Positions 1 through 9,254 of a stretch of 35,862 bases of DNA are shown here, piece by piece. Origin of the DNA: Altererythrobacter xiamenensis. Lineage in GTDB: Bacteria; Pseudomonadota; Alphaproteobacteria; Sphingomonadales; Sphingomonadaceae. The notes under the pieces were generated by a model. The model was given only the letters and a program-made list of their open reading frames with translations, ran no database searches and was not told where the DNA came from. Within the stretch, counting starts at the first letter, position 1. Each line of letters begins with the position of its first letter. A program made the position numbers and the translations under genes. Location: positions 1-35,862 of the forward strand of contig CAMDSM010000001.1 in assembly GCA_945906905.1 (NCBI GenBank). The letters are read 5' to 3'.

Positions 1-137
1 AAGGGAAGGGCACTCGTTAGCGCGACAGAGGGGATCCATGTGCGACACTTTATTACCCTGCGCTGGCTTGTTCGATTGTGCAGTGCGGCACATAGCCTGC
101 AGCGGGGCAGGAAACCGATTTTTGCAGGAGCATAGCG

Positions 138-2978
138 TTGCATTTTTCCAGTTCCACCAGCCTTTCTGCCATCGCTATCACGTTGTCGCTTGCCGCATTC
201 GCTCCGGCCCAGGCGCAAGCAGCAGGCGATGCACCAGTGGTGGCGCAGGCAGGCACGGGGCCTGCCGATGAACCCACTTATGACGAGGACACGATCATCG
301 TCCTTGGCGCCCGGCTGATCGGCGAGATCGTGGCCGCGCAGCCGCCGGTGCTGGTGTTGGAGGAAGCCGATATCGCCGCCTATGGCGCAGGCTCGATTGC
401 CGAGCTGATCCAGGCGCTGGGGCCGCAGGTTTCCAGCGCGCGCGGGCGTGGCGGTGGGTTTCCGGTGATTCTGGTCAATGGCGTGCGCATTGGTTCCTTC
501 CGCGAGATGCGCAGCTATCCGCCCGAAGCGATCTTGCGGTTCGAGGTTTTCCCCGAGGAAGTGGCGCTGCAATACGGCTATTCCGCCGATCAGCGGGTCA
601 TCAATATCATCCTCAAGGACAGTTTCTCCAGTCAGGAGCTGGAGCTGGAATATGGCCAGCCGTTCGATGGCGGCTATTCCACGCAAGAGGCTGAGGCGAC
701 CTATCTGCGGATCGATGGCAATGCGCGGCTCAACGTCAATCTCGGCTGGACCAATTCCAGCGGCTTGACCGAGGCGGATCGCGGGGTGATCCAGGCGGAC
801 GCGGGGCCGGTCCTGCCCGGCGATCCCGATCCCGCAACCTATCGCAGTCTGGTGGCGGACAGCGCTGGGCTGGAGGGCACGGTCAACTGGTCAACCAAGA
901 TCGGCCAGCAACATTCGCTCAGCCTCAATGCCACGTTCGAGCGCAACGACAGCTTGCGCCTGCAGGGCCTAAATACGCTGCTGCTGCCCGATGGCGCGCC
1001 CGATCCATTGACGGTGGACACCCGCAGCCAGACCTATGCGGGCGGGGCAACGCTCAACCTGCGTCTGGGCGAATGGGAAGTCACCACCACGCTCGATACA
1101 ACCCGCGCGCAGTCCAACAGTGAGGTAGAGCGGCGGGGCAGTGCCGGGTTTGATACCGCGCACACCGTCACCACCAGTGCCAGCGGGCTGTCCACCATGC
1201 GCGGATCGCCGTTCTATCTGCCAGCGGGCGATGTCAGCCTGACGCTGGATGCGGGCTATGACTGGGACCGCATCGCCAGCCAGGATACCCGCAACCCCGG
1301 TCTGCCCACGTTGCTCAAGCGCGGTAATCTGTCCACCGGCGTCAACCTCACCGTGCCACTGACCAGCAGGCGCGATGATTTCGGCAGCGCGGTGGGTGAT
1401 TTGACCTTGAACGCCAGCGTCGGTGTGGATCACCTTTCCGATTTCGGCACCTTGTTTGACTGGAACATGGGGCTGACCTGGGGCCTGACCGAGGCGCTCA
1501 GCGTGTCCGCCACCTATGTCAACCGCGATGCTGCGCCTTCGCTCGCCCAGTTGGGCAATCCCGAAGTGGCGACGCTCAATGTGCCGGTGTTCGATCTGAC
1601 CAACAACGAAACCGTGCTCGTGACCGTGCTCAGTGGCGGCAATCCGCTGCTGCCCGCGCAAAATCAGAGCGACTGGAAATTCGGTGTGCAATGGGAACTG
1701 CCGTTCCTTGAAGGGGCGAGTGTTTCGCTCGATTACCTGCGCAATTCCTCAACTGATGTGGCCTCGGCCTTCCCGGTGCTGAGCCCCGCAATCGAGGCGG
1801 CTTTCCCCGGTCGGATCACGCGCGATGTTTCGGGCACGTTGGTGCAGATCGATCAGCGCGCGGTCAGCTATGCCGCGCGAGAGGAGGAGCGCTTGCAGTT
1901 CGGCCTCAACCTTTCGGGCCAGATCGGTGCGAGCGAACAGGCTGCGGGCGGCGGCGCTGGTGGACCGGGTTCTGGTGGACCGGGTGCTGGTGGTCCAGTG
2001 GGCGGCGCAGTTGGTGGTGCAGGCGGCGCTCCAACAGGTTTCCGTCCCGATCCCGAAGCCTTCGCCCGGCTGCGGGCGACGTTCTGCGAGGCTGAGCCAG
2101 AGGTTTTGCGCGGCCAGCTCAATCAGGCGATCCGTGCCGCTGCCGCGGGCGAGCCAGCGCCACTGGGTGAGAACGGCCAACCGCTGACGATCCCGCCACA
2201 GATGCTTCAGCGCCTCGCGGGTGATGATGGCGTGATCGATGCGGCCGAGTTTGAGGCGATCCGCACGCGGTTCTGCACAGAGGGTGCGCAGGGCGCGCAG
2301 GGCGCGGCTCCGGGTGGAGTGGCACAGGCTGGCGCCCCGGCTGGGGCACCTCCCGGCGGTTTGGGTGCGGCGATCTTCGGGGGAGGGCGCCCGCCCGGCG
2401 GCTTCGGCGGTGGCGGTGGCCCCGGCGGCGGCGGCGGTGGCGGCGGACCGGGTGGCGGCGGTTTCGGACGCGGCCCCGGTGGGCAGGGAGGAAGCGGCGG
2501 GCGCTGGTTCGTCAATCTGCAATACAACTGGGAACTGCAGAACGAGGTTGTGATTGCGCCGGGCCTGCCCTTGCTCGACCTGCTCGACGGCGATGCGCTG
2601 GCTGGCGGAGGACAGGCCGAGCATTCGGGCAGCCTGCGCGTCGGCACATTCTACAAGGGCTTCGGGCTGATCTGGAACGGCACCTATACCGGCAGCTCGA
2701 CCATCGACGGCACGGGCCTGCCGGGCAGCACCGATCTGCACTTTGGTGACTACGCCACGCTCAACGTCCGCGCCTTCGCCGATCTGGGGCAGCAGGCCAG
2801 AATCGTGCAGGCCGTGCCATTCCTTGCGGGCAGCCGCATCAGCGTGGGGGTCGACAATCTGTTCGACACCCGCCAGCATGTGACCGACAGCGCCGGGCTG
2901 GTGCCGCTACGCTATCAGCCATTCCTCATTGACCCAGTGGGGCGCAGTTTCGAGATTGAGTTCAGGAAGCTGTTCTAA
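138..2978 (+). CDS. TonB-dependent receptor-like outer-membrane protein with large Gly-rich insertion
   Basis: Signal peptide (…AFAPAQAQA), TonB-box-like DTIIVLG, plug motifs (PVILVNG, RFEVF, VINIILK), GGNPLLP..Q and C-terminal GVDNLFD…GRSFEIEFRKLF ending in Phe. GGAG RBS before the TTG start. Confidence 0.88.
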   Translation: MHFSSSTSLSAIAITLSLAAFAPAQAQAAGDAPVVAQAGTGPADEPTYDEDTIIVLGARLIGEIVAAQPPVLVLEEADIAAYGAGSIAELIQALGPQVSSARGRGGGFPVILVNGVRIGSFREMRSYPPEAILRFEVFPEEVALQYGYSADQRVINIILKDSFSSQELELEYGQPFDGGYSTQEAEATYLRIDGNARLNVNLGWTNSSGLTEADRGVIQADAGPVLPGDPDPATYRSLVADSAGLEGTVNWSTKIGQQHSLSLNATFERNDSLRLQGLNTLLLPDGAPDPLTVDTRSQTYAGGATLNLRLGEWEVTTTLDTTRAQSNSEVERRGSAGFDTAHTVTTSASGLSTMRGSPFYLPAGDVSLTLDAGYDWDRIASQDTRNPGLPTLLKRGNLSTGVNLTVPLTSRRDDFGSAVGDLTLNASVGVDHLSDFGTLFDWNMGLTWGLTEALSVSATYVNRDAAPSLAQLGNPEVATLNVPVFDLTNNETVLVTVLSGGNPLLPAQNQSDWKFGVQWELPFLEGASVSLDYLRNSSTDVASAFPVLSPAIEAAFPGRITRDVSGTLVQIDQRAVSYAAREEERLQFGLNLSGQIGASEQAAGGGAGGPGSGGPGAGGPVGGAVGGAGGAPTGFRPDPEAFARLRATFCEAEPEVLRGQLNQAIRAAAAGEPAPLGENGQPLTIPPQMLQRLAGDDGVIDAAEFEAIRTRFCTEGAQGAQGAAPGGVAQAGAPAGAPPGGLGAAIFGGGRPPGGFGGGGGPGGGGGGGGPGGGGFGRGPGGQGGSGGRWFVNLQYNWELQNEVVIAPGLPLLDLLDGDALAGGGQAEHSGSLRVGTFYKGFGLIWNGTYTGSSTIDGTGLPGSTDLHFGDYATLNVRAFADLGQQARIVQAVPFLAGSRISVGVDNLFDTRQHVTDSAGLVPLRYQPFLIDPVGRSFEIEFRKLF
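1956..2000 (+). repeat. 3 x 15-bp coding tandem repeat (AGGPG/SGGPG/AGGPV)
   Basis: gctggtggaccgggt tctggtggaccgggt gctggtggtccagtg. Confidence 0.85.
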
Positions 2979-4144
2979 AGGGCCTGCCCCGCCGCAAACC
3001 CGCTCGCCCAGGCCCAGTGGAAATTATACCCGCCCAGCCAGCCGGTCACATCGACCGCCTCGCCGATCACGAACAGGCCGGGCAATTTGCGCGCTTCCAT
3101 CGTTTGTGACGAAAGCTCGGCGGTGGAAATGCCGCCTGCGGTCACTTCGGCCTTGGCATAACCTTCGCTGCCATTGGGGTGGAAGCGCCAGTCGGCCAGC
3201 CGCTCGCCCGCGAGGCGCAGGGCCTTGTCGGGAACATTGCCGAGATCGCCGGAAAGCCCCAGCTGTTCGGCCAGAACGTCGGCCAGTCGGGCGGGCAGAG
3301 CATCGCGCAACTGCGCCCGCAAGGTGGTGCGCGGGTTGGCGCGCTTGGCCTCGATCAGCCAATCGGCACTGCGCGAGGGGAGGAAATCAATCGCCACCGC
3401 CTCACCCGGCTTCCAAAAGCTCGACACTTGCAGGATCGCCGGGCCGGACAAGCCCCGGTGTGTAAACAGCGCCGCCTCGCGGAACGCCGCCTTGCCTGCG
3501 CGCGCTTCTACCGGCGCCGCCACGCCCGACAGTTCGCGGAACAGCACTTCATCGCCGCCCAAGGTCAGCGGCACCAGCGCCGGGCGCGGTTCGACCACTT
3601 TCAGGCCGAACTGGCGGGCGAGGCGATAGGCGAAATCGGTTGCCCCCATCTTGGGGATGCTCGGCCCGCCAGTGGCGATCACCAGCGCCGGGGCAGAGGC
3701 ACTTCCGACGGTGAAAATACCATCCGCATGGGTCACCTGCTCGATTTCCTGCCCGCAGCGGATCACCACTTCACCAGGGCCAGCAGCGCATTCGGCCAGC
3801 AGCAGCTCGACGATCTGCCGCGCGCTGCCATCGCAGAATAGCTGCCCCAGCGTCTTTTCGTGCCAGGCTATGCCATGCCGCTCGACCAGTTCGACGAAAT
3901 CACCCGGAGAATAGCGGCTGAGCGCCGATTTGCAGAAATGCGGATTGGCTGAAAGAAAGTTGGCCGGGCCCGCCCCAAGATTGGTGAAATTGCACCGCCC
4001 GCCGCCCGAAATCAGGATCTTGGCGCCGACCGCCGCGCCCTTCTCCAGCAGCAGCACACGCCGACCGCGCTGTGCGGCCACGGCGGCGCAGAACAGGCCC
4101 GCCGCCCCGCCGCCCAGAATGATCGCATCGAAGTTTTGGCTCAT
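2975..4144 (-). CDS. HI0933/YhiN/BaiN-family NAD(P)/FAD-dependent oxidoreductase
   Basis: GGGAAG FAD-binding motif, KILISGGGRCNFTN, ATGGPSIPKMGA, LFTHRGLSGP, GEAVDVTGWLGGYNF. Confidence 0.93.
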   Translation of the reverse strand: MSQNFDAIILGGGAAGLFCAAVAAQRGRRVLLLEKGAAVGAKILISGGGRCNFTNLGAGPANFLSANPHFCKSALSRYSPGDFVELVERHGIAWHEKTLGQLFCDGSARQIVELLLAECAAGPGEVVIRCGQEIEQVTHADGIFTVGSASAPALVIATGGPSIPKMGATDFAYRLARQFGLKVVEPRPALVPLTLGGDEVLFRELSGVAAPVEARAGKAAFREAALFTHRGLSGPAILQVSSFWKPGEAVAIDFLPSRSADWLIEAKRANPRTTLRAQLRDALPARLADVLAEQLGLSGDLGNVPDKALRLAGERLADWRFHPNGSEGYAKAEVTAGGISTAELSSQTMEARKLPGLFVIGEAVDVTGWLGGYNFHWAWASGFAAGQAL

Positions 4145-4185
4145 GCCTCAGCCGTTACGAGCGAATAGCCCACAGCGAAAGCCCG

Positions 4186-5316
4186 TCAGCCCCTATCCCC
4201 GGCCAGCTTGATCTGATTGCGCCCACTTTCCTTGGCCTGATACAGCGCGTCATCGGCGGCCGCCAGCGCGGCGCGCGGGCTGTCGTGGCAGAAGACATTG
4301 GCCACTCCGCCCGAGAACGTGATCTGGCCGAACGGCTGTTCGGTCCGGCGGTTGACCAGCTTGCGCGCGGCCAGATCGGCCCGTGCCTCATCCAGCTTGG
4401 CCAGCGCCTCGGTGGGGGTGGAGCCGCGGAACAGCATCACGAATTCCTCGCCGCCGTGGCGGGCGATGTGGCATTTTTCGCCCGAGATGCGGCTCAACGT
4501 CTTGGCCACCACGCACAGGATCCGGTCTCCCGCTTCATGGCCGTGGACATCGTTGACCAGCTTGAAGTGGTCGATATCACAAAAGGCCACGCACAATGGC
4601 TCACCCGATGCTTCGGCCTCGCGGTAGTGGCGTTCGAGCTGGACTTCAAAGGCGCGGCGGTTGGGCAGGCCGGTGAGGAAATCGACCTGGGCATCGCGCC
4701 GCGCCCGATCGAGATTGCGCCGCAAGCTGGCCGCTTCCTCCTCGCTGTGGCGCAGTTCGGCCTCGGCCTTGCGTGAGCGTTGCAGCATGGCGCGGGCATA
4801 TTGCGCCAGCTCGGAAATGATATCACCGGCATCGGGCGCGGATTCCAGCTGGCCGACATGCTGCGCCAGTGCGTCACCATAGTCGCGGGTGGTATCGCGG
4901 GCGGTGCTGGTGGTCTGGGTGAAATCGGCGATGCCCCTTTCCAGCTGTTGGACCAGCATTTCGATGTCGACGTCCTCGGAATGATCATCGTTTGCGGTCG
5001 CCCGGTCGATCCATGCCTGGGTCAGCGTATGGCCGTCCTCGCGCAAGCGATCGACCTTGCGCCGCAAACCGGGGTTGAGCCCGGCATAGATGCCGTGAGT
5101 GACGGTCAGGTTATCGGGCGTGATCTCCAGCCCGTTTTCGAGCAGGAACAGGTTCATCTGCTCCAGCAACCGCCGACGGGCCATGCGCGTGGCATCCTCA
5201 AGCGGGAAGACGGGCACGGGCTCGTCCTCCTCCAGCGGATTGCGGCCGAAGCCGAGCCAGCCGAGCAAGCGGCCATTGGCCGCGGGATTTGTTTCGTGGA
5301 GAGCGTTGGTTTTCAT
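4186..5316 (-). CDS. Soluble diguanylate cyclase (coiled-coil plus GGEEF domain)
   Basis: DFLTGLPNRR, DIDHFKLVND.HGH..GD, RHGGEEF, ADDALYQAKESGRN. No TM segments. Confidence 0.93.
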   Translation of the reverse strand: MKTNALHETNPAANGRLLGWLGFGRNPLEEDEPVPVFPLEDATRMARRRLLEQMNLFLLENGLEITPDNLTVTHGIYAGLNPGLRRKVDRLREDGHTLTQAWIDRATANDDHSEDVDIEMLVQQLERGIADFTQTTSTARDTTRDYGDALAQHVGQLESAPDAGDIISELAQYARAMLQRSRKAEAELRHSEEEAASLRRNLDRARRDAQVDFLTGLPNRRAFEVQLERHYREAEASGEPLCVAFCDIDHFKLVNDVHGHEAGDRILCVVAKTLSRISGEKCHIARHGGEEFVMLFRGSTPTEALAKLDEARADLAARKLVNRRTEQPFGQITFSGGVANVFCHDSPRAALAAADDALYQAKESGRNQIKLAGDRG

Positions 5317-5363
5317 GGATTGCAGGACGGTCCGACAGCCATGGCCTTAAACCTAGTATGAAT

Positions 5364-5415
5364 GCCTAAGGGCAGCGCCAAAGGTCAATGCCAATGGACA
5401 ATGCCAAAGGACAAA
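5364..5415. repeat. 13-bp-period tandem repeat (3 good copies plus 1 degenerate) in the divergent DGC/uvrC intergenic region
   Basis: gcctaagggcagc / gccaaaggtcaat / gccaatggacaat / gccaaaggacaaa. Confidence 0.75.
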
Positions 5416-5452
5416 GATTGTGCCGCCGCGCGGACCTGCCTATCGAGCAACG

Positions 5453-7408
5453 ATGACCCGCACGCCCGCCGGAACGCCGCATGACCCGAGGGGAGGGGAA
5501 CGCTTCAACGAGGAGCGGGCCACCTATACCGTGCGTGGCGCTGCGGGCGGCGCTGCCCAGCCCGATCTGGAGGCGGGTGTCGAGGCGATCCGCAATGTTG
5601 TTAAAACGCTCAAAGCCCGACCCGGCGTTTACCGGATGCTCGATGCGCGCGGCGACGTGTTGTATGTTGGCAAGGCGCGGGCGCTGCGCAACCGGGTGGC
5701 CAATTATACCCAGGTAGCAAATCTCACCAACCGCTTGGCGCGGATGGTTAGCCAAACCTGCGCGATGGAGATCGTCACCACCAATTCAGAAGCCGAGGCG
5801 CTGCTGCTGGAAGCGCAGTTTATCAAGCGATTTCGCCCGCCTTACAATGTGTTATTGCGCGATGATAAGAGCTTTCCTTTCATCCTCCTGCGTGAGGGGC
5901 ATGATTTCCCCCGGATCATGAAACATCGCGGGGCGCGCAAGGCGCAGGGGAGCTATTACGGCCCCTTCGCCAGCGCCGGTTCGGTCAACACGACTATTAA
6001 CGCGCTTCAGAAACTGTTCCTCCTAAGGTCTTGCACAGACAGCTTTTTCTCCCGCCGGGATCGGCCCTGCCTGCTGTACCAGATCAAGCGTTGCAGCGCG
6101 CCCTGCGTCGGCCGGATCGACAAGGCCGGGTATGACGAATTGCTGGGCGAGGCGCGGGCTTTCCTCTCGGGCAAATCGGATGCGGTGCAGCGCAAGATCG
6201 AGGTGCAGATGGCGGTGGCGGCAGACGCGCTCGACTTTGAGAGCGCCGCGATGTTGCGTGATCGGCTGCGCGCGGCCAGCTTCATTCAGGGCAGCCAGGC
6301 GGTGAATGCGCAAGGGCTGGGCGATGCCGATGTGTTTGCGTTGGCGGCCAAGGGTGGGCAGATCGCGATCCAGGGCTTCTTCATTCGCGGCGGGCAGAAT
6401 TGGGGCCACCGGGCGTTCTTTCCCGCCCATGTGCAGGAGGTGCCCGAGGACGAGGTGCTGTCGCGCATTCTGGCGCAATTCTATGAAGAAGTGCCCCCGC
6501 CGCGCCACATTCTGGTCGATCGTGACCTGCCCGATCGGGCGCTGCTGGAGCAGGCGCTGGGTGAGCTGGCGGGGCGCAAGGTGGAGATATCGGTGCCGCA
6601 ACGCGGTGATCGGCGACGGCTGATGGAGCAGGCTAGCCGCAATGCGGTCGAAGCGCTCGACCGGCGGCTGGCCGAAAGCGGCACGCAGGCGCGGACCCTG
6701 CGCGAACTGGCCGAATTCCTTGACCTCGCCGATGTCCCGCGGCGGATCGAGATTTACGACAACAGCCATATCCAGGGCGACAAGGCCGTGGGCGGGATGG
6801 TGGTGGCGGGGCCAGAAGGCCTGCTGAAAAACCAATATCGCAAGTTCAACATCCGCAAGGCGCAAGGCAACGATGACTATGCGATGATGCGCGAAGTGAT
6901 GCAGCGGCGCTTTGCCCGTGCGCTGGAGGAAGACCCCGAGCGGGATGCAGGCACATGGCCCGATCTGGTGCTGATCGACGGCGGCAAGGGTCAGATGAGC
7001 GCGGTGCGCGATACGCTGGAGGAGTTGGGGATCGAGGACGTGCCGCTGATCGCCGTGGCCAAAGGGCCAGATCATGGCCGTGAGGGGCGCGAGGTGTTTC
7101 ATTTCGCCGATGGCCGCGAAAAGATGCTGCCGACCAATTCGCCGGTGCTGTTCCTGGCTCAACGCTTGCGTGATGAGGCGCACCGCTATGTCATCGGCGC
7201 CCACCGTGACAAGCGCAGCCGGGCGATCAGTGCCAGTCCGCTCGACGAAATCCCCGGCATCGGTCCTGCCCGCAAGCGCGCCCTGCTGCTGAATTTCGGC
7301 ACGGCGGGCAAGGTCCGCGCTGCCTCGCTCGATGATCTCATGCGCGTGCCCGGCGTGAGCGAAAGCGTGGCCCAGGCGATTTATGATTTCTACCACCCCG
7401 GCGGGTGA
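5453..7408 (+). CDS. uvrC: Excinuclease ABC subunit C
   Basis: GIY-YIG domain (PGVYRM..VLYVGKA), Cys cluster CLLYQIKRCSAPC, UVR domain, RNase H domain (IYDNSH, DGGKGQ), HhH (IPGIGP). Alternative GTG start at 5420. Confidence 0.97.
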   Translation: MTRTPAGTPHDPRGGERFNEERATYTVRGAAGGAAQPDLEAGVEAIRNVVKTLKARPGVYRMLDARGDVLYVGKARALRNRVANYTQVANLTNRLARMVSQTCAMEIVTTNSEAEALLLEAQFIKRFRPPYNVLLRDDKSFPFILLREGHDFPRIMKHRGARKAQGSYYGPFASAGSVNTTINALQKLFLLRSCTDSFFSRRDRPCLLYQIKRCSAPCVGRIDKAGYDELLGEARAFLSGKSDAVQRKIEVQMAVAADALDFESAAMLRDRLRAASFIQGSQAVNAQGLGDADVFALAAKGGQIAIQGFFIRGGQNWGHRAFFPAHVQEVPEDEVLSRILAQFYEEVPPPRHILVDRDLPDRALLEQALGELAGRKVEISVPQRGDRRRLMEQASRNAVEALDRRLAESGTQARTLRELAEFLDLADVPRRIEIYDNSHIQGDKAVGGMVVAGPEGLLKNQYRKFNIRKAQGNDDYAMMREVMQRRFARALEEDPERDAGTWPDLVLIDGGKGQMSAVRDTLEELGIEDVPLIAVAKGPDHGREGREVFHFADGREKMLPTNSPVLFLAQRLRDEAHRYVIGAHRDKRSRAISASPLDEIPGIGPARKRALLLNFGTAGKVRAASLDDLMRVPGVSESVAQAIYDFYHPGG

Positions 7409-7416
7409 GAGTGCGG

Positions 7417-8358
7417 TCAGCCTTTTGCCCTGACCGGCCGCAACATCCCTTCTTGCGCCACGCTCGCCACCAGCCGCCCGTCGCGCGCGAAGATCTGTCC
7501 GCGACCGAAGCCGCGTGACATGCCCGACCACGGGCTGTCGGTGGCATAGAGCAGCCAGTCATCGGCGCGGAAATCATCGTGGAACCACATGGCATGATCG
7601 ATGCTGGCGCTCTTCACCTGACCGCGAAGCATCGACAGGCCATGCGGCTGCAATGCGGTCGCCAGCAGCTGGAAATCGGAGATATAGGCCAGGATCGCTT
7701 GGTGGACCGGGCGGCTATCGGGCAGATGCGCCACGGTGCGGAACCAGCAATGCGCGCGCGGTTCGCGAACCTTGGGATCGATCCAGTCGAGCGGTTCAAC
7801 CGAACGAAAATCTATCGGGCGCGGGCGCAGCAACAGCTGTTTGATGACGCCATCGGGCATTGTCGCAGCCGCCGCATGGCGCATTTCGACATCGGACTTC
7901 AGCGATTCTGGTGGGGGGACATCGGGCATCACCGCCGCCTGGTGGTGCAGGCCTTGCTGCGGCACATGGAAGCTGGCGACCAGATTGAGGATCGGCTCAC
8001 CTTGCTGGCTGGCGACCACCCGGCGGTTGGAAAAGCTGCGCCCATCGAGGTCGCGCTTGACCCTGAATTCAATCGGATGTTCGTCCGATCCGGGGCGCAG
8101 GAAATAGGCGTGCAGCGAATGGGACACGCGATCTTCGGGCACGGTGCGGCGGGCCGCACCCAGCGCCTGCGCGATGGCCTGTCCGCCAAAAACCCGGCCC
8201 GTGCCGTCAGGATGCCGCCGCCCGATAAACAGATCACCGCCACGCTGCTCCAGATCGAGCAACAGCATCAGATCGGCCACCAGCTGTTCAGGAGTCGGAT
8301 TCGGGCGCGCTTGGCAGGTCATGGCCTTGCCCATGCGCGGCACGGGCGCGTTCGTCAA
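7417..8358 (-). CDS. tesB: Acyl-CoA thioesterase II
   Basis: RVFGGQAIAQAL, HSLHAYFLRPG, DGRSFS.RRV, ASIDHAMWFH, SVAQEGM. Start is either TTG 8358 (overlapping the upstream stop) or ATG 8322. Confidence 0.92.
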   Translation of the reverse strand: MTNAPVPRMGKAMTCQARPNPTPEQLVADLMLLLDLEQRGGDLFIGRRHPDGTGRVFGGQAIAQALGAARRTVPEDRVSHSLHAYFLRPGSDEHPIEFRVKRDLDGRSFSNRRVVASQQGEPILNLVASFHVPQQGLHHQAAVMPDVPPPESLKSDVEMRHAAAATMPDGVIKQLLLRPRPIDFRSVEPLDWIDPKVREPRAHCWFRTVAHLPDSRPVHQAILAYISDFQLLATALQPHGLSMLRGQVKSASIDHAMWFHDDFRADDWLLYATDSPWSGMSRGFGRGQIFARDGRLVASVAQEGMLRPVRAKG

Positions 8359-9254
8359 TTGCCGGGCTTCACCCGACTGATGGGAAATCGTCGCAGCACC
8401 CGCCAGGCTAGTGCCTTGGCCACATTACTGCCAGGCCAGCGCAGGGGAGGCTTTGGCGTGAAGCCCCATTGCCGCAGCTGCCCGTTGAAGGCCCGGGCAT
8501 CGGCCTCGGCAAAGCTCCAGTCGCTGCGCCAGGTGATCGACAGCGAAACCGAGACTTCGGGGCCGTTGCGCACGAAATGCGGGGCCATCACTGGAACGTA
8601 GAGTGCCTCGCCCGGCGCCAACGGAAAGGCCATGCCTTCGCGGGCAAAACGGTCATCCCACTTCAGCTCGCGTTTGCCGCCAAGGTGATAGGTCTCGTGC
8701 ACCTGATCCGGGGCGAAGCGCGGGGCGCCAGTGGGGAACACCGTCATCACCTTGTTGCCGCGCAATTGCAGCAGGATATTGTGTTCTGGATCAAAGTGAT
8801 AGGGCGTGACGGCGGCGGGACTGGAAACGAAGATATAGGCCTGCGGTTTGAGCAATCGCCCGGTGCGCGGCTCGATGATCTGGCGCAGTTCACCCAGCAG
8901 ATTGAGCAGCAGCGCGCGGTAGGCCGGGATTTGCTCGACATTTTTGAGCGCGGCCCAGCTGTTGCTGGTGTCGATGGCGCGGATCGTCTGGCCGATGGTG
9001 AGGCCAGTGGCGCCGGGCTTTTCGTCCAGCCCCACGGGCAGATCGCCGCGATTATACTCAACGCTTGCGTCGGGCATTGCCTCGCCCAGTTGCGCCAATG
9101 CTTCCAGTTCGAGCAGCGGATGATTGGCCAGCTCGTGCGAAAGTTTATGCGCGCCGTTGGGATAGGACGATGCGAAATCAGCGCGGGAAACGCCGCAGAA
9201 CACCTGCGTGGCAGTCGATGCTGTGGCAAAGGTGGAGGACCGGGGTTCGATCAT
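8355..9254 (-). CDS. JmjC/cupin-like Fe(II)/2-oxoglutarate-dependent oxygenase
   Basis: TPYHFDPEHNILLQLRGNK (HxD plus the 2OG-binding Lys) and LAPGEALYVPVMAPHFVRN (distal His). ATG 9254 overlaps the GNAT stop (ATGA), with a GGAGG RBS. Confidence 0.82.
   Translation of the reverse strand: MIEPRSSTFATASTATQVFCGVSRADFASSYPNGAHKLSHELANHPLLELEALAQLGEAMPDASVEYNRGDLPVGLDEKPGATGLTIGQTIRAIDTSNSWAALKNVEQIPAYRALLLNLLGELRQIIEPRTGRLLKPQAYIFVSSPAAVTPYHFDPEHNILLQLRGNKVMTVFPTGAPRFAPDQVHETYHLGGKRELKWDDRFAREGMAFPLAPGEALYVPVMAPHFVRNGPEVSVSLSITWRSDWSFAEADARAFNGQLRQWGFTPKPPLRWPGSNVAKALAWRVLRRFPISRVKPGN

Noticed and set aside
2207-2647. Pro-rich minus-strand ORF (PPPPGPPPP)
   Set aside because: Reverse complement of the receptor's Gly codons, not a collagen- or formin-like gene.
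5364-5415. Possible mini-CRISPR
   Set aside because: The repeats are contiguous 13-mers with no spacers, and there are no cas genes.
6023-7531. 502-aa minus-strand ORF, and similar long antisense ORFs over hisD, cobS, the PBP, the MDR and DUF2332
   Set aside because: They fully overlap well-supported genes on the opposite strand and have shadow-ORF composition.
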